Source: Squalus acanthias (taxonomy: Eukaryota). Taken from it: a stretch of DNA of 64,000 bases. Made by a program: the position numbers and the translations under genes. The stretch is taken from positions 68,200,001 through 68,264,000 of the forward strand of contig CM059430.1 of the NCBI GenBank assembly GCA_030390025.1, written 5' to 3'. The notes under the pieces were generated by a model. The model ran no database searches, was not told the origin of the DNA, and saw nothing but the letters and a program-made list of their open reading frames with translations. Below are positions 25,601 through 37,300 of the stretch, in pieces. Numbering within the stretch: position 1 is the stretch's first letter; the number at the start of each line of letters is the position of its first letter.

Positions 25601-28600
25601 GGTAGGTAGTGTAATCACCAGCCCGCACTCACGCACTGTGTTGGGTGGGGAGTATAATCTCCAGCCCACACTCACTCACTGTGTTGGGTGGGTCGTGTAA
25701 TCTCCAGCCCACACTCACTGTGTTGCGTGGGTTGTCAAATCTCCAGCCCGCACTCACTCACTATGTTGTGTGTTTAGTGTAATCTCCAGCCCACACACAC
25801 TGTGATGGGCGGGTAGTGTAATCTCCAGTCCACACTCACTGTGCTGGGTGGGTAGTTTAATCTCCAACCCGCACTCACTCATTGTGTTGGTTGGGTAGTG
25901 TAATGTCCAGCCCACACTCACTGTGTTGGGTGGGTTGTGTAATCTCCAGCCCACAATCTCTCCCTGTGTTGGGTGGGTAGTGAAATCTCCAGGCCACATT
26001 CACTGTGTTGGGTCGATAGTGTAATCACCAGCCGGCACTCACTTACTGCGTTGGGTGGGTAGTGTAATCTCCAGCCCGCACTCACTCACTGTGTTGGGTG
26101 GGTAGTGTAATCTCCAGCCCGCACTCACTCACTGTGTTGGGTGGGTAGTGTAAATCCAGCCCGCGCTCACTGGGTTTTGTGGGAAATCTAATCCCCAGCC
26201 CGCGCTCACTCACTGTGTTGGGTGGGTAGTATAATCTCCAGCCCACACTCATTCACTGTGTTGGGTGGGTAGTGTAATCTCCAGCCCACACTCACTGTGT
26301 TGGGTGGGTAGTGCAATCACCAGCCCACACTGACTGTGTTTGTTTTTTAGTGTAATCTCCAGCCCACACTCAGTCACTGTGTTGGGTGGGTTGTGTAATC
26401 TCCAGCCAGCACTCACTCAGTGTGTTGGGTGGGTAGTGTAATCACCAGTCCACACTCACTCACTGTGTTGGGTCGGTAGTGTAATCTCCAACCCGCTATC
26501 AATCATTGTTGGGTGGGTAGTGTAATCTCCAGCCCACACTCACTGTGTTGGGTGGGTAGTGTAATCTCCAGCCCGCACTCACTGTGTTGGTTCGGTAGTG
26601 TAATCTTCAGCCCGCACTCACGCACTGTGTTGGGTAGGTACTGTAATCACCAGCCCGCACTCACTCAGTGTGTTGGGTGGGTAGTGTAATCTCCAGCCCA
26701 CACTCACTCATTGTTTTGGGTGGGTTGTGTAATGTCCAGCCCACACTCACTGTGTTGGGTGGGTAGTGTCATCTCCAGCCCACACTCACTCACTGTGTTG
26801 AGTGGGTAGTGTAATCTCCAGACCGGACTCACTCACTGTGTTGGGTAGGTAATGTAATCTCCAGCCCACACTCAGTGTGTTGGGTGGGTTGTCTCATCTC
26901 CAGCCCGCACTCACTCACTGTGTTGGGTGGGTTGTGTAATCTCCAGTCTGCACTCACTCAGTGTGATGGGTCGGTAGTGTAATCTCCAACCCGCTCTCTC
27001 TCACTGTTGGGTGGGTAGTGTAATCTCCAGTCCGCACTCACTCACTGTGTTGGGTGTGTAGTTTATTCTCCAGCCCGCACTCACCCACTATTTTGTGTGG
27101 GTAGTGTAATCTCCAGCCCGCACTCACTGAATGTGTTGGGTGGGTAGTGTAATCTCCAGCCCGCACTCACTCACTGTGTTTGGTGGGTAGTGTAATCTCC
27201 AGCCCGCGCTAACTGTGTTTTGTGGGTAGTGTAATCTCCAGCCTGCGCTCACTGTGTTTTGTGGGTAATCTAATCTCCAGCCCGCGCTCACTCACTGTGT
27301 TGGGTGGGTAGTGTAATCTCCAGCCCACACTCAGTCACTGTGTTGGGTGGGTAGTGTAATCTCCAGCCCGCACTCACTGACTGTGTTGGGAGGGTAGTGT
27401 AATCTCCAGCCCACACTCACTCACTGTGTTGGGTGGGAAGTGCAATCTCCAGCCCGCACTCACTCACTGTGTTTGGTGGGTAGTGTAATCTCCAGCCCGC
27501 ACTCAATCTGTTTTGTGGGTCATCTAATCTCCAGCCCGCGCTCACTCACTGTGTTGGGTGGGTAGTGTAATCTCCAGCCCACACTCACTCACTGTGTTGG
27601 GTGGGTAGTGTAATCTCCAGTCCGCACTGACTGAATGTGTTTTGTGGGTAGTGTAATCTCCAGCCCACACTTACTCACTGTGTTGGGTGGGTAGTGCAAT
27701 CTCCAGCCCGCACTCACTCACTGTGTTTGGTGGGTAGTGTAATCTCCAGCCCGCGCTCACTCTGTTTTGTGGGTAAACTAATCTCCAGCCCGCGCTCACT
27801 CACTGTGTTGGGTCGGTAGTGTAATCTTCAGCCCGCACTCACTCACTGTGTTGGGTAGGTAGTGTAATCACCAGCCCGCACTCACGCACTGTGTTGGGTG
27901 GGTAGTATAATCTCCAGCCCACACTCACTCACTGTGTTGGGTGGGTCGTGTAATCTCCAGCCCACACTCACTGTGTTGCGTGGGTTGTCAAATCTCCAGC
28001 CCGCACTCACTCACTATGTTGTGTGTTTAGTGTAATCTCCAGCCCACACACACTGTGATGGGCGGGTAGTGTAATCTCCAGTCCACACTCACTGTGCTGG
28101 GTGGGTAGTTTAATCTCCAACCCGCACTCACTCATTGTGTTGGTTGGGTAGTGTAATGTCCAGCCCACACTCACTCAATGTGTTGGGTGGGTAATGTCAT
28201 CTCCAGCCCGAATTCACTCATTGTGTTGGGTGGTAATGTAATTTCCAGCCCGCACTCACTGTGTTGGGTGTGTAGTGTAATCTCCAGCCCGCACACACTC
28301 ACTGTGTTGGGTCGGTAGTTTAATCTCCAGGCCTCACAAACTGAATGTGTTGGGTGGGTAGTGTAATCTCCAGCCCGCAGTCACTCACTGTGTTGGGTGG
28401 GTATTGTAATCTCCAGCCCACACTCACTGTGTTGGGTGGGTAGTGTCATCTCCAGCCCACACTCACTCACTGTGTTGAGTGGGTAGTGTAATCTCCAGAC
28501 CGCACTCACTCACTGTGTTGGGTAGGTAATGTAATCTCCAGCCCACACTCAGTGTGTTGGGTGGGTTGTCTCATCTCCAGCCCGCACTGACTGAATGTGT

Positions 28601-29945
28601 TGTGTGGGTAGTTTAATCTCCAACCCACACTCACTGTGTTGGGTGGGTAGTGTAATCTCCAGTCCGCACTCACTCACTGTGTTGGGTGGGTTGTGTAATC
28701 TCCAGTCTGCACTCACTCAGTGTGATGGGTCGGTAGTGTAATCTCCAACCCGCTCTCTCTCACTGTTGGGTGGGTAGTGTAATCTCCAGTCCGCACTCAC
28801 TCACTGTGTTGGGTGTGTAGTTTATTCTCCAGCCCGCACTCACCCACTATTTTGTGTGGGTAGTGTAATCTCCAGCCCGCACTGACTGAATGTGTTTTGT
28901 GGGTTGTGTAATCTCCAGCCCGCACTCACTGTGTTGGGTGTGTAGTGTAATCTCCAGCCCGCACACACTCACTGTGTTGGGTGGGTTGTGTAATCTCCAG
29001 CCCTCAATCTCTCCCTGTGTTGGGTGGGTAGTGAAATCTCCAGCCCACATTCACTGTGTTGGGTCGGTAGTGTAATCTCCAGCCCTCACAAACTGAATGT
29101 GTTGGGTGGGTAGTGTAATCTCCAGCCCGCACTCACTCACTGTGTTGGGTGGGTAGTGTAATCTCCAGCCCGCACTCACTCACTGTGTTTGGTGGGTAGT
29201 GTAATCTCCAGCCCGCGCTCACTGTGTTTTGTGGGTAGTGTAATCTCCAGCCCGCGCTCACTGTGTTTTGTGGGTAATCTAATCTCCAGCCCGCGCTCAC
29301 TCACTGTGTTGGGTGGGTAGTGTAATCTCCAGCCCACACTCAGTCACTGTGTTGGGTGGGTAGTGTAATCTCCAGCCCGCACTCACTGACTGTGTTGGGT
29401 GGGTAGTGTAATCTCCAGCCCACACTCAGTCACTGTGTTGGGTGGGTAGTGTAATCTCCAGCCCGCGCTCACTCACTGTGTTCGTTGGGTAGTGTAATCT
29501 CCAGCCCACACTCAGTCACTGTGTTGGGTGGGTAGTGTAATCTCCATCCCACACTCACTCACTGTGCTGGGTGGGTAGTGCAATCTCCAGCCCGCACTCA
29601 CTCACTGTGTTTTGTGCGTCATCTAATTTCCAGCCCGCGCTCACTCACTGTGTTTGGTGGGTAGTGTAATCTCCAGCCCACACTCACTCACTGTGTTGGG
29701 TGGGTAGTGCAATCTCCAGCCCGCACTCACTCACTGTGTTTGGTGGGTAGTGTAATCTCCAGCCCGCGCTCACTCTGTTTTGTGGGTAATCTAATCTCCA
29801 GCCCGCGCTCAATCACTGTGTTGGGTCGGTAGTGTAATTTTCAGCCCGCACTCACTCACTGTGTTGGGTAGGTAGTGTAATCACCAGCCCGCACTCACGC
29901 ACTGTGTTGGGTGGGGAGTATAATCTCCAGCCCACACTCACTCAC

Positions 29946-30128
29946 TGTGGTAACACTTTTCAGCTTCCTGTATGACATCACTTCCTGTAATCAGTCCAGG
30001 ATAAATACTGGACTGATCAGTTAGCTCTGGAAGAGGCATAGGGTAAGACCTCTTTTGTATGCAGCACCGTTTTAAGTTGATTAAAGCTTACATTAAGTTT
30101 ACCACGCGTAAGGCTCATTCTTACGACA
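29946..30128 (+). repeat. Gypsy 5' LTR (183 bp)
   Basis: tgtggtaac...cttacgaca; TATA-like ATAAATA 30001-30007; ATTAAA 30080-30085. Confidence 0.97.
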
Positions 30129-30207
30129 ATTTAATCAACTTTTGAAAAACTTCGCACTCAAACTTTTTGGACGAACTCGGAGCTAAGGATCCAGGGAATC
30201 ACCCATC

Positions 30208-33200
30208 ATGGAAAACATCCTTAAACCATCGCGTCTTGACTTGGACCCAAACACCCCAGCAGCCGGTAAGGTGTGGAAACACTGGTATCGCACGTTTGAG
30301 AATTTTCTTGAGTATTGCAAAGCGGATGATAACTCAAAGTTGCGGATACTCATCAACTGTGTCACCCCGAATGTATTTCAGTATGTGGAAGACTGGGACA
30401 GTTATGAGGAGGCAATTCAGACGCTTAAGAGACTATATACGAAGACACCGAATGAGGTCTATGCTAGACATCTACTAGCTACAGCCCAACAAGGGCCGGA
30501 GGAATCCATTGATAAATTCCTCCAAGAGCTTCGCAGACTTAGTATGGACTGTAACTTTCGGGCAGCCTCAGCTGAGCTATACCGCGAAGAAATGATCCGT
30601 GATGCGTTCATCTGCGGGCTTGCCTCCCCATTTATACGCCAGCGTCTACTGGAAAGTAAGACACTTGAGCTGCAGAGAGCTTATGACCTGGCTTGCTCTC
30701 TAGATCTAGCAAAAAGAAATGCAGACCTTTTTACAGTGCCCAGACCTCGGTCTGCTGCCTTAACTACAGTCAGGCAATTTAAGAGGCCACAGGTGAACTC
30801 TATTAGGGAGGACTTTATCCCTGACGATCGATCTGATGACTTCACCGATGAAGAGGATGATGACCCCACTGTGGCAGCCTCTTGGCAATCTAAGAAATGC
30901 TTTTTTTGTGGGGATGAGTTTCACCCTCGGAGATTCTGCCCTGCTCGCAATGCGTTTTGCAGTCATTGCAACAAAAAGGGTCATTTTGTAAAGGTTTGCC
31001 TATCAAGAGCCTCTACGAGGGCTTATCAAGCTAAGTCCTACCGAACTGCCCCAGTAAGGGCCTATCAGGATGTTCCAACTAAAAACTATCGTGCTTCCTC
31101 TCGGGTTTTTTCTCGAAGAAACACACCTAGAATTTCAGCCACTCTTTGTGCAACGACACCAATTACAGCTGCTTGTCCTCAGAATCTATTCCATGCAGCT
31201 ACAAAAGCATCAATTAAGGGACATACTTTAGATGCCTTAATTGACTCGGGTAGCACTGATAGTTTCATTAGGGAACAGACTGTTGCACAGTTAAAGCTAC
31301 ATGTTTTTCCATCGGACCAGGCAGTTGCGATGGCTCAGTCATCACTTAATACCAGAATTTCTGGCTTCTGTGTAGTTGAAATAATGCTTAAAGGTCACAG
31401 GTATCCCTCCACCCGGCTTTCGGTGCTCAAGGACTTATGTAGTGATCTTATCTTAGGGCTGGATTTTCAAAAGCAGCATAAGAAGCTTACCATTGAGTTC
31501 GGCGGATCCAAACCTGAACTCACTATTTCTAATATACGACCTCGATTACCGTTCTGTGCCTTGTCAGCAGCTTCACTGGATGAACCCTCACTGTTTGCCA
31601 GTATCCCTCCTCGATGCAAACCGATTATAACAAAGTCACGCCGTTTCAGTCAGGAAGACCAGTCTTTTATTGCGGCTGAGATTTCTCGGCTTTTAGCAGA
31701 GGATATCATCGAGCCTTGTTCGTCGCCATGGCGCGCCCAGGTCGTTATTGTTAAGAACCCTCTACAACCTCACAAGAAACGGCTGTGCATTGACTATTCA
31801 CAGACCATCAATCAGTATACGGACTTGGACGCATACCCATTGCCGCGCATCGATGATATGGTTAATAAATTGGCTGAGTACACGGTGTTCTCGACTTATG
31901 ATCTGAAAAGCGCCTATCATCAGGTACCCTTGAAGGTCTCAGACAAGCAGTATACAGCCTTTGAAGCCAATGGGCGGCTGTATCAATTTCGTCGCCTCCC
32001 CTTTGGGGTCACTAATGGAGTGGCTGTCTTCCAGCGAGCAATGGATGACCTGGTCAAACAGGAAGACTTGAAGGATACGTTTCCTTATCTGGACAATATT
32101 ACTGTCGCAGGTCGCAATCAGCAGGAACATGACGCCAATCTCCAACGATTTTGGGATGCACTCCAGCACCGTAATTTGACATTGAATGCGGCTAAATCCA
32201 TTGAGTCACAACCAACTATCAACATCCTTGGCTATTGTGTGGGCAATGGCATCATTAAACCTGACCCTGAAAGGCTTCGCCCACTCCAAGAACTCCCGCC
32301 ACCTAAGAATCCGGCCTCCTTGCGCCGGGCCCTCGGCCTGTTTGCATACTATGCGAAATGGATTCCTAACTTCTCGGACCGAATCCAACCTCTACTGAAG
32401 GCCAGCACATTCCCACTAGACACAACGGCTGTTGCAGCCTTTAACCTCCTGAAAAAGCAGTTGGAGAAAGCGGCTCTTCACTCCATTGATGAGAGTCTTC
32501 CTTTCGTGGTTGAGTGTGATGCCTCGGAGGTGGCAATCTCAGCCACTCTGAATCAGGAAGGTCGTCCGGTGGCATTTTTGTCCAGGACTTTTCAAGGGGC
32601 TGAGCTACATTATCCTCCAGTCGAGAAAGAAGCTACAGCCATCATAGAGGCAGTACGGAAGTGGAGTCATCTCCTGGCTCGCCAGCACTTTACCTTAATC
32701 ACGGACCAGCGATCGGTCGCCTTCATGCTCGATAATCGAAAACGGACCAAAATTAAAAATAATAAAATCCAGCTTTGGCGGCTGGAATTGGCCTCTTTTG
32801 GTTACACCATCCACTATCGACCTGGCAAGGAGAATGTGGCTCCGGATACCCTCACACGAGCATTCTGCTCCGCCATGGCACCCTCTACGCTCGTAGACAT
32901 CCATGATGGGTTGTGTCATCCAGGCGTTACTCGCATGCTGCACTTCGTGCGGTCCCGAAATCTCCCATTCTCTACCGGGGATGTAAAGAAGATGTGCTCG
33001 GACTGCAGAGTCTGTGCGGAATTGAAACCTCGGTTTTTCCGCCCCTCGGGTGGTATACTCATACATGCGACCCAGCCAATGCAAAGGCTTAGCATCGATT
33101 TTAAGGGGCCGTTGCCCTCTTCGACTCGCAACACTTATCTATTAACAATGGTTGATGAGTATTCTCGTTTTCCGTTTGCCTTTCCCTGCCCCAATATGCT

Positions 33201-34164
33201 GACAACCACGGTTATCAGCTGCCTTGAACAGGTATTTGCTTTCTGTGGCATGGCATCCTATGTTCATTCAGATCGGGGCCCTTCTTTTATGTCGGGAGAA
33301 CTCAAGGCCTATCTCTCGGAACGGGGTATTGCTGCCAGCAAAACGACGCCTTATCATCCGGTTGGGAATGGGCAAGTCGAGCGTTTTAACGCTATCATCT
33401 GGAATGCGGTACGTCTGGCTTTGAGATCTCGGGGCCTACCCAACCAGCATTGGGAAGCAGTACTTCCAGACGCATTACACTCCACACGGTCCCTCCTTTC
33501 GACCGCCACAAATACGACGCCTCATGAACGGTTCTTCCGATTTCAGCGTCGCTCATCCTATGGGACATCTCTCCCGTCGTGGCTGACTGCACCGGGACCA
33601 GTGCTACTCCGAAGATATGTCCGGGCGTCTAAGAATGACCCCCTGGTAGATGAGGTGGAGCTCACTGACGTCAACCCTACCTACGCCTATATTCGGTATC
33701 CTGACGGTCGGGAATCTACCGTGTCATTGCGGGATCTGGCTCCCTGCCCGCCGAAACATAGAGGGACACCAGGGGATGATATTGTACCAGGCACATCTCT
33801 GGGCTTGCCAGGTGCCTCTCATCATGATCGGGATCTGACGCCGGCTGGTACCTCACTCCAGCGTGCCGACCTGGGGCAGACTGACTATGAGCCCGTCGGG
33901 GCTCGCACGCGCAGCCACGATCAACCCTGTACCGTACGCTCAGAAACGGATCTGCCACAGCCCTGCCCGACACCCATTCGGGTACCAGTACACAGTCAGG
34001 ATCGTTCTGACCCCTCACAGAGCGGGCTGGAGCACTCGGACTCTGGTCCATGGCCCGCAGCGGGTAAACGGGCTAGGGGCCCTCTACCGCTACGAGAACC
34101 CAAACGGGTGCGGCTCTCCCTCATCCAACGGCTACGAAATGGAGGGAGCATTCCGGCCTCCTAA
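30208..34164 (+). CDS. Gypsy Gag-Pol polyprotein, 1318 aa (Gag with 2 CCHC, protease, RT, RNase H, integrase)
   Basis: CFFCGDEFHPRRFC and CSHCNKKGHFVKVC; LIDSGS; DLKSAYHQ, LPFG, YLDN; VECDAS, EKEA, TDQ; H-x4-H..C-x2-C, IDFKGP, SDRG, GQVER; domain order PR-RT-RH-IN. Confidence 0.97.
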   Translation: MENILKPSRLDLDPNTPAAGKVWKHWYRTFENFLEYCKADDNSKLRILINCVTPNVFQYVEDWDSYEEAIQTLKRLYTKTPNEVYARHLLATAQQGPEESIDKFLQELRRLSMDCNFRAASAELYREEMIRDAFICGLASPFIRQRLLESKTLELQRAYDLACSLDLAKRNADLFTVPRPRSAALTTVRQFKRPQVNSIREDFIPDDRSDDFTDEEDDDPTVAASWQSKKCFFCGDEFHPRRFCPARNAFCSHCNKKGHFVKVCLSRASTRAYQAKSYRTAPVRAYQDVPTKNYRASSRVFSRRNTPRISATLCATTPITAACPQNLFHAATKASIKGHTLDALIDSGSTDSFIREQTVAQLKLHVFPSDQAVAMAQSSLNTRISGFCVVEIMLKGHRYPSTRLSVLKDLCSDLILGLDFQKQHKKLTIEFGGSKPELTISNIRPRLPFCALSAASLDEPSLFASIPPRCKPIITKSRRFSQEDQSFIAAEISRLLAEDIIEPCSSPWRAQVVIVKNPLQPHKKRLCIDYSQTINQYTDLDAYPLPRIDDMVNKLAEYTVFSTYDLKSAYHQVPLKVSDKQYTAFEANGRLYQFRRLPFGVTNGVAVFQRAMDDLVKQEDLKDTFPYLDNITVAGRNQQEHDANLQRFWDALQHRNLTLNAAKSIESQPTINILGYCVGNGIIKPDPERLRPLQELPPPKNPASLRRALGLFAYYAKWIPNFSDRIQPLLKASTFPLDTTAVAAFNLLKKQLEKAALHSIDESLPFVVECDASEVAISATLNQEGRPVAFLSRTFQGAELHYPPVEKEATAIIEAVRKWSHLLARQHFTLITDQRSVAFMLDNRKRTKIKNNKIQLWRLELASFGYTIHYRPGKENVAPDTLTRAFCSAMAPSTLVDIHDGLCHPGVTRMLHFVRSRNLPFSTGDVKKMCSDCRVCAELKPRFFRPSGGILIHATQPMQRLSIDFKGPLPSSTRNTYLLTMVDEYSRFPFAFPCPNMLTTTVISCLEQVFAFCGMASYVHSDRGPSFMSGELKAYLSERGIAASKTTPYHPVGNGQVERFNAIIWNAVRLALRSRGLPNQHWEAVLPDALHSTRSLLSTATNTTPHERFFRFQRRSSYGTSLPSWLTAPGPVLLRRYVRASKNDPLVDEVELTDVNPTYAYIRYPDGRESTVSLRDLAPCPPKHRGTPGDDIVPGTSLGLPGASHHDRDLTPAGTSLQRADLGQTDYEPVGARTRSHDQPCTVRSETDLPQPCPTPIRVPVHSQDRSDPSQSGLEHSDSGPWPAAGKRARGPLPLREPKRVRLSLIQRLRNGGSIPAS

Positions 34165-34183
34165 TCTTTTGGGGGGGGGAGAA

Positions 34184-34366
34184 TGTGGTAACACTTTTCA
34201 GCTTCCTGTATGACATCACTTCCTGTAATCAGTCCAGGATAAATACTGGACTGATCAGTTAGCTCTGGAAGAGGCATAGGGTAAGACCTCTTTTGTATGC
34301 AGCACCGTTTTAAGTTGATTAAAGCTTACATTAAGTTTACCACGCGTAAGGCTCATTCTTACGACA
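34184..34366 (+). repeat. Gypsy 3' LTR (183 bp)
   Basis: Identical to 29946-30128; preceded by a G-run plus AGAA polypurine tract. Confidence 0.97.
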
Positions 34367-37300
34367 CTCACTGTGTTGGGTGGGTCGTGTAATCTCCAGC
34401 CCACACTCACTGTGTTGCGTGGGTTGTCTAATCTCCAGCCCGCACTCACTCACTATGTTGTGTGTTTAGTGTAATCTCCAGCCCACACACACTGTGTTGG
34501 GCGGGTAGTGTAATCTCCAGTCCACACTCACTGTGCTGGGTGGGTAGTTTAATCTCCAGCCCGCACTCACTCATTGTGTTGGTTGGGTAGTGTAATATCC
34601 AGCCCACACTCACTCAATGTGTTGGGTGGGTAATGTCATCTCCAGCCCGAACTCACTCATTGTGTTGGGTGGTAATGTAATTTCCAGCCCGCACTCACTG
34701 TGTTCGGTGTGTAGTGTAATCTCCAGCCCGCACACACTCACTGTGTTGGGTCGGTTGTGTAATCTCCAGGCCTCACAAACTGAATTGTTGGGTGGGTAGT
34801 GTAATCTCCAGCCCGCAGTCACTCACTGTGTTGGGTGGGTAATGTAATCTCCAGCCCACACTCACTCATTGTGTTGGGTGGGTAGTGCAATCTCCAGCCC
34901 GCACTCACTCACTGTGTTTGGTGGGTAGTGTAATCTCCAGCCCGCGCTCACTGTGTTTTGTGGGTAATCTAATCTCCAGCCCGCGCTCACTCACTGTGTT
35001 GGGTGGGTAGTGTAATCTCCAGCCCACACTCACTCACTGTGTTGGGTGGTTAGTGTAATCTCCTGCCCACACTGACTGTGTTGGGTGGGTAGTGCAATCA
35101 CCAGCCCACACTCACGGTGTTTCGTGGGTAGTGTAATCTCCAGCCCACACTCAGTCACTGTGTTGGGTGGGTAGTGTAATCTCCAGCCCGCACTCACTCA
35201 GTGTGTTTGGTGGGTAGTGTAATCACCAGCCCACACTCACTAACTGTGTTGGCTCGGTAGTGTAATCTCCAACCCGCTATCACTCACTGTGTTGGGTGGG
35301 TAGTTTATTCTCCAGCCCACACTCACTCACTGTTTTGTGTGGCTAGTGTAATCTCCAGCCCGAACTGACTGAATGTGTTTTGTGGGTAATGTAATCTCCA
35401 GCCTAAACTCACTGTGTTGGGTGGGTCGTGTAATCTCCAGCCCACACTCACTGTGTTGGGTCGGTAGTGTAATCTTTAGCCCGGAATCATTCACTGTGTT
35501 GGGTAGGTAGTGTAAACACCAGCCCACAATCACTCACTGTGTTGGGTGGGGAGTGCAATCTCCAGCCCACACTCACTCACTGTGTTGGGTGGGTAGTGTA
35601 ATCTCCAGCCCACAATCACTCACTGTGTTGGGTGGGGTGTGCAATCTCCAGCCCACACTCACTCACAGTGTTGGGTGGGTAGTGTAATCACCAGCCCACA
35701 CTCACTCACTGTTTTGGTTAGTAGCGTAATCTCCAGCCCACACTCACTGTGTTGGGTGGTTAGAGTCATCTCCAGCCCCCACTCACTCACTGTGTTGGGT
35801 GGGTAGTGTAATCTTCAGCCCGCACTCACTCACTGTGTTGTGTGGGTAATGTAATCTCCTGCCCACACTCAGCGTGTTGGGTGGGTTGTCTCATCTCCAG
35901 CCCGCACTCACTTACTGTGTTGTGATGGTTGTGTAATCTCCAGCCCGCACTGACTGAATGTGTTGTGTGGGTAGTGTAATCTCCAGCCCAGACACACTGT
36001 GTTGGGCGGGTATTGTAATCTCCAGTCCACACTCACTGTGTTGGGTGGGTAGTTTAATCTCCAGCCCGCACTCACTGTGTTGGGTGGGTAGTGTAATCTC
36101 CAGCACGCACTCACTGTGTTGGGTGGGTAGTTTATTCTCCAGTCCGCACTCACTCACTATTTTGTGTGGGTAGTGTAATCTCCAGCCCGCACTGACTGAT
36201 TGTGTTTTGTGGGTTGTGTCATCTCCAGCCCACACTCACTGTGTTGGGTCGGTAGTGTAATCTTCAGCCCGCACTCACTCACTGTGTTGGGTAGGTAGTG
36301 TAATCACCAGCCCGCACTCACGCACTGTGTTGGGTGGGTAGTGTAATCTCCAGCCCACACTCACTCACTGTGTTGGGTGGGTAGTGTAATCTCCAGCCCA
36401 CACTCACTGTGTTGCGTGGGTTGTGTAATCTCCAGCCCGCATTGACTGAATGTGTTGTGTGTGTAGTGTAATCTCCAGCCCACACACACTGTGTTGGGCG
36501 GGTAGTGTAATCTCCAGTCCACACTCACTGTGTTGGGTGGGTAATGTTATCTCCAGCCCGAACTCACTCATTGTGTTGGGTGGTAATGTAATCTCCAGCC
36601 CGCACTCACTGTGTTGGGTGTGTAGTGTCATCTCCAGCCCGCACACACTCACTCTGTTGGATGGGTTGTGTAATCTCCAGCCCGCAATCTCTCCCTGTGT
36701 TGGGTGGGTAGTGAAATCTCCAGCCCACATTCACTGTGTTGGGTGGGTAGTGTAATCTCCAGCCCGCACTCACTCACTGTGTTGGGTGGGTAGTGTAATC
36801 TCCACCCCACACTCACTCACTGTGTTGGGTGGGTAATGTAATCTCCAGCCCACACTCACTGTGTTGCGTGGGTTGTCTAATCTCCAGCCCGCACTCACTC
36901 ACTATGTTGGGTGGGTTGTGTAATCTCCAGCCCGCACTGACTGAATGTGTTGTGTGTTTCGTGTAATCTCCAGCCCACACACACTGTGTTGGGCGGGTAG
37001 TGTCATCTCCAGTCCACACTCACTGTGTTGGGTGGGTAGTTTAATCTCCAGCCCGCACTCACTCATTGTGTTGGTTGGGTAGTGTAATGTCCAGCCCACA
37101 CTCACTCACTGTGTTGGGTGGGTAATGTAATCTCCAGCCCGAACTCACTCATTGTTTTGGGTGGTAATGTAATTTCCAGCCCGCACTCACTGTGTTGGGT
37201 GTGTAGTGTAATCTCCAGCCCGCACACACTCACTGTGTTGGGTGGGTTGTGTAATCTCCAGCCCTCAATCTCTCCCTGTGTTGGGTGGGTAGTGAAAACT

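Larger units (their letters stand above)
29946..34366 (+). mobile_element. Full-length, very recent Ty3/Gypsy LTR retrotransposon (Mag-like, no chromodomain)
   Basis: Two 183-bp TG..CA LTRs identical by eye, 5-bp TSD CTCAC (29941-45 and 34367-71), PPT 34171-34183, single intact gag-pol. Confidence 0.97.
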
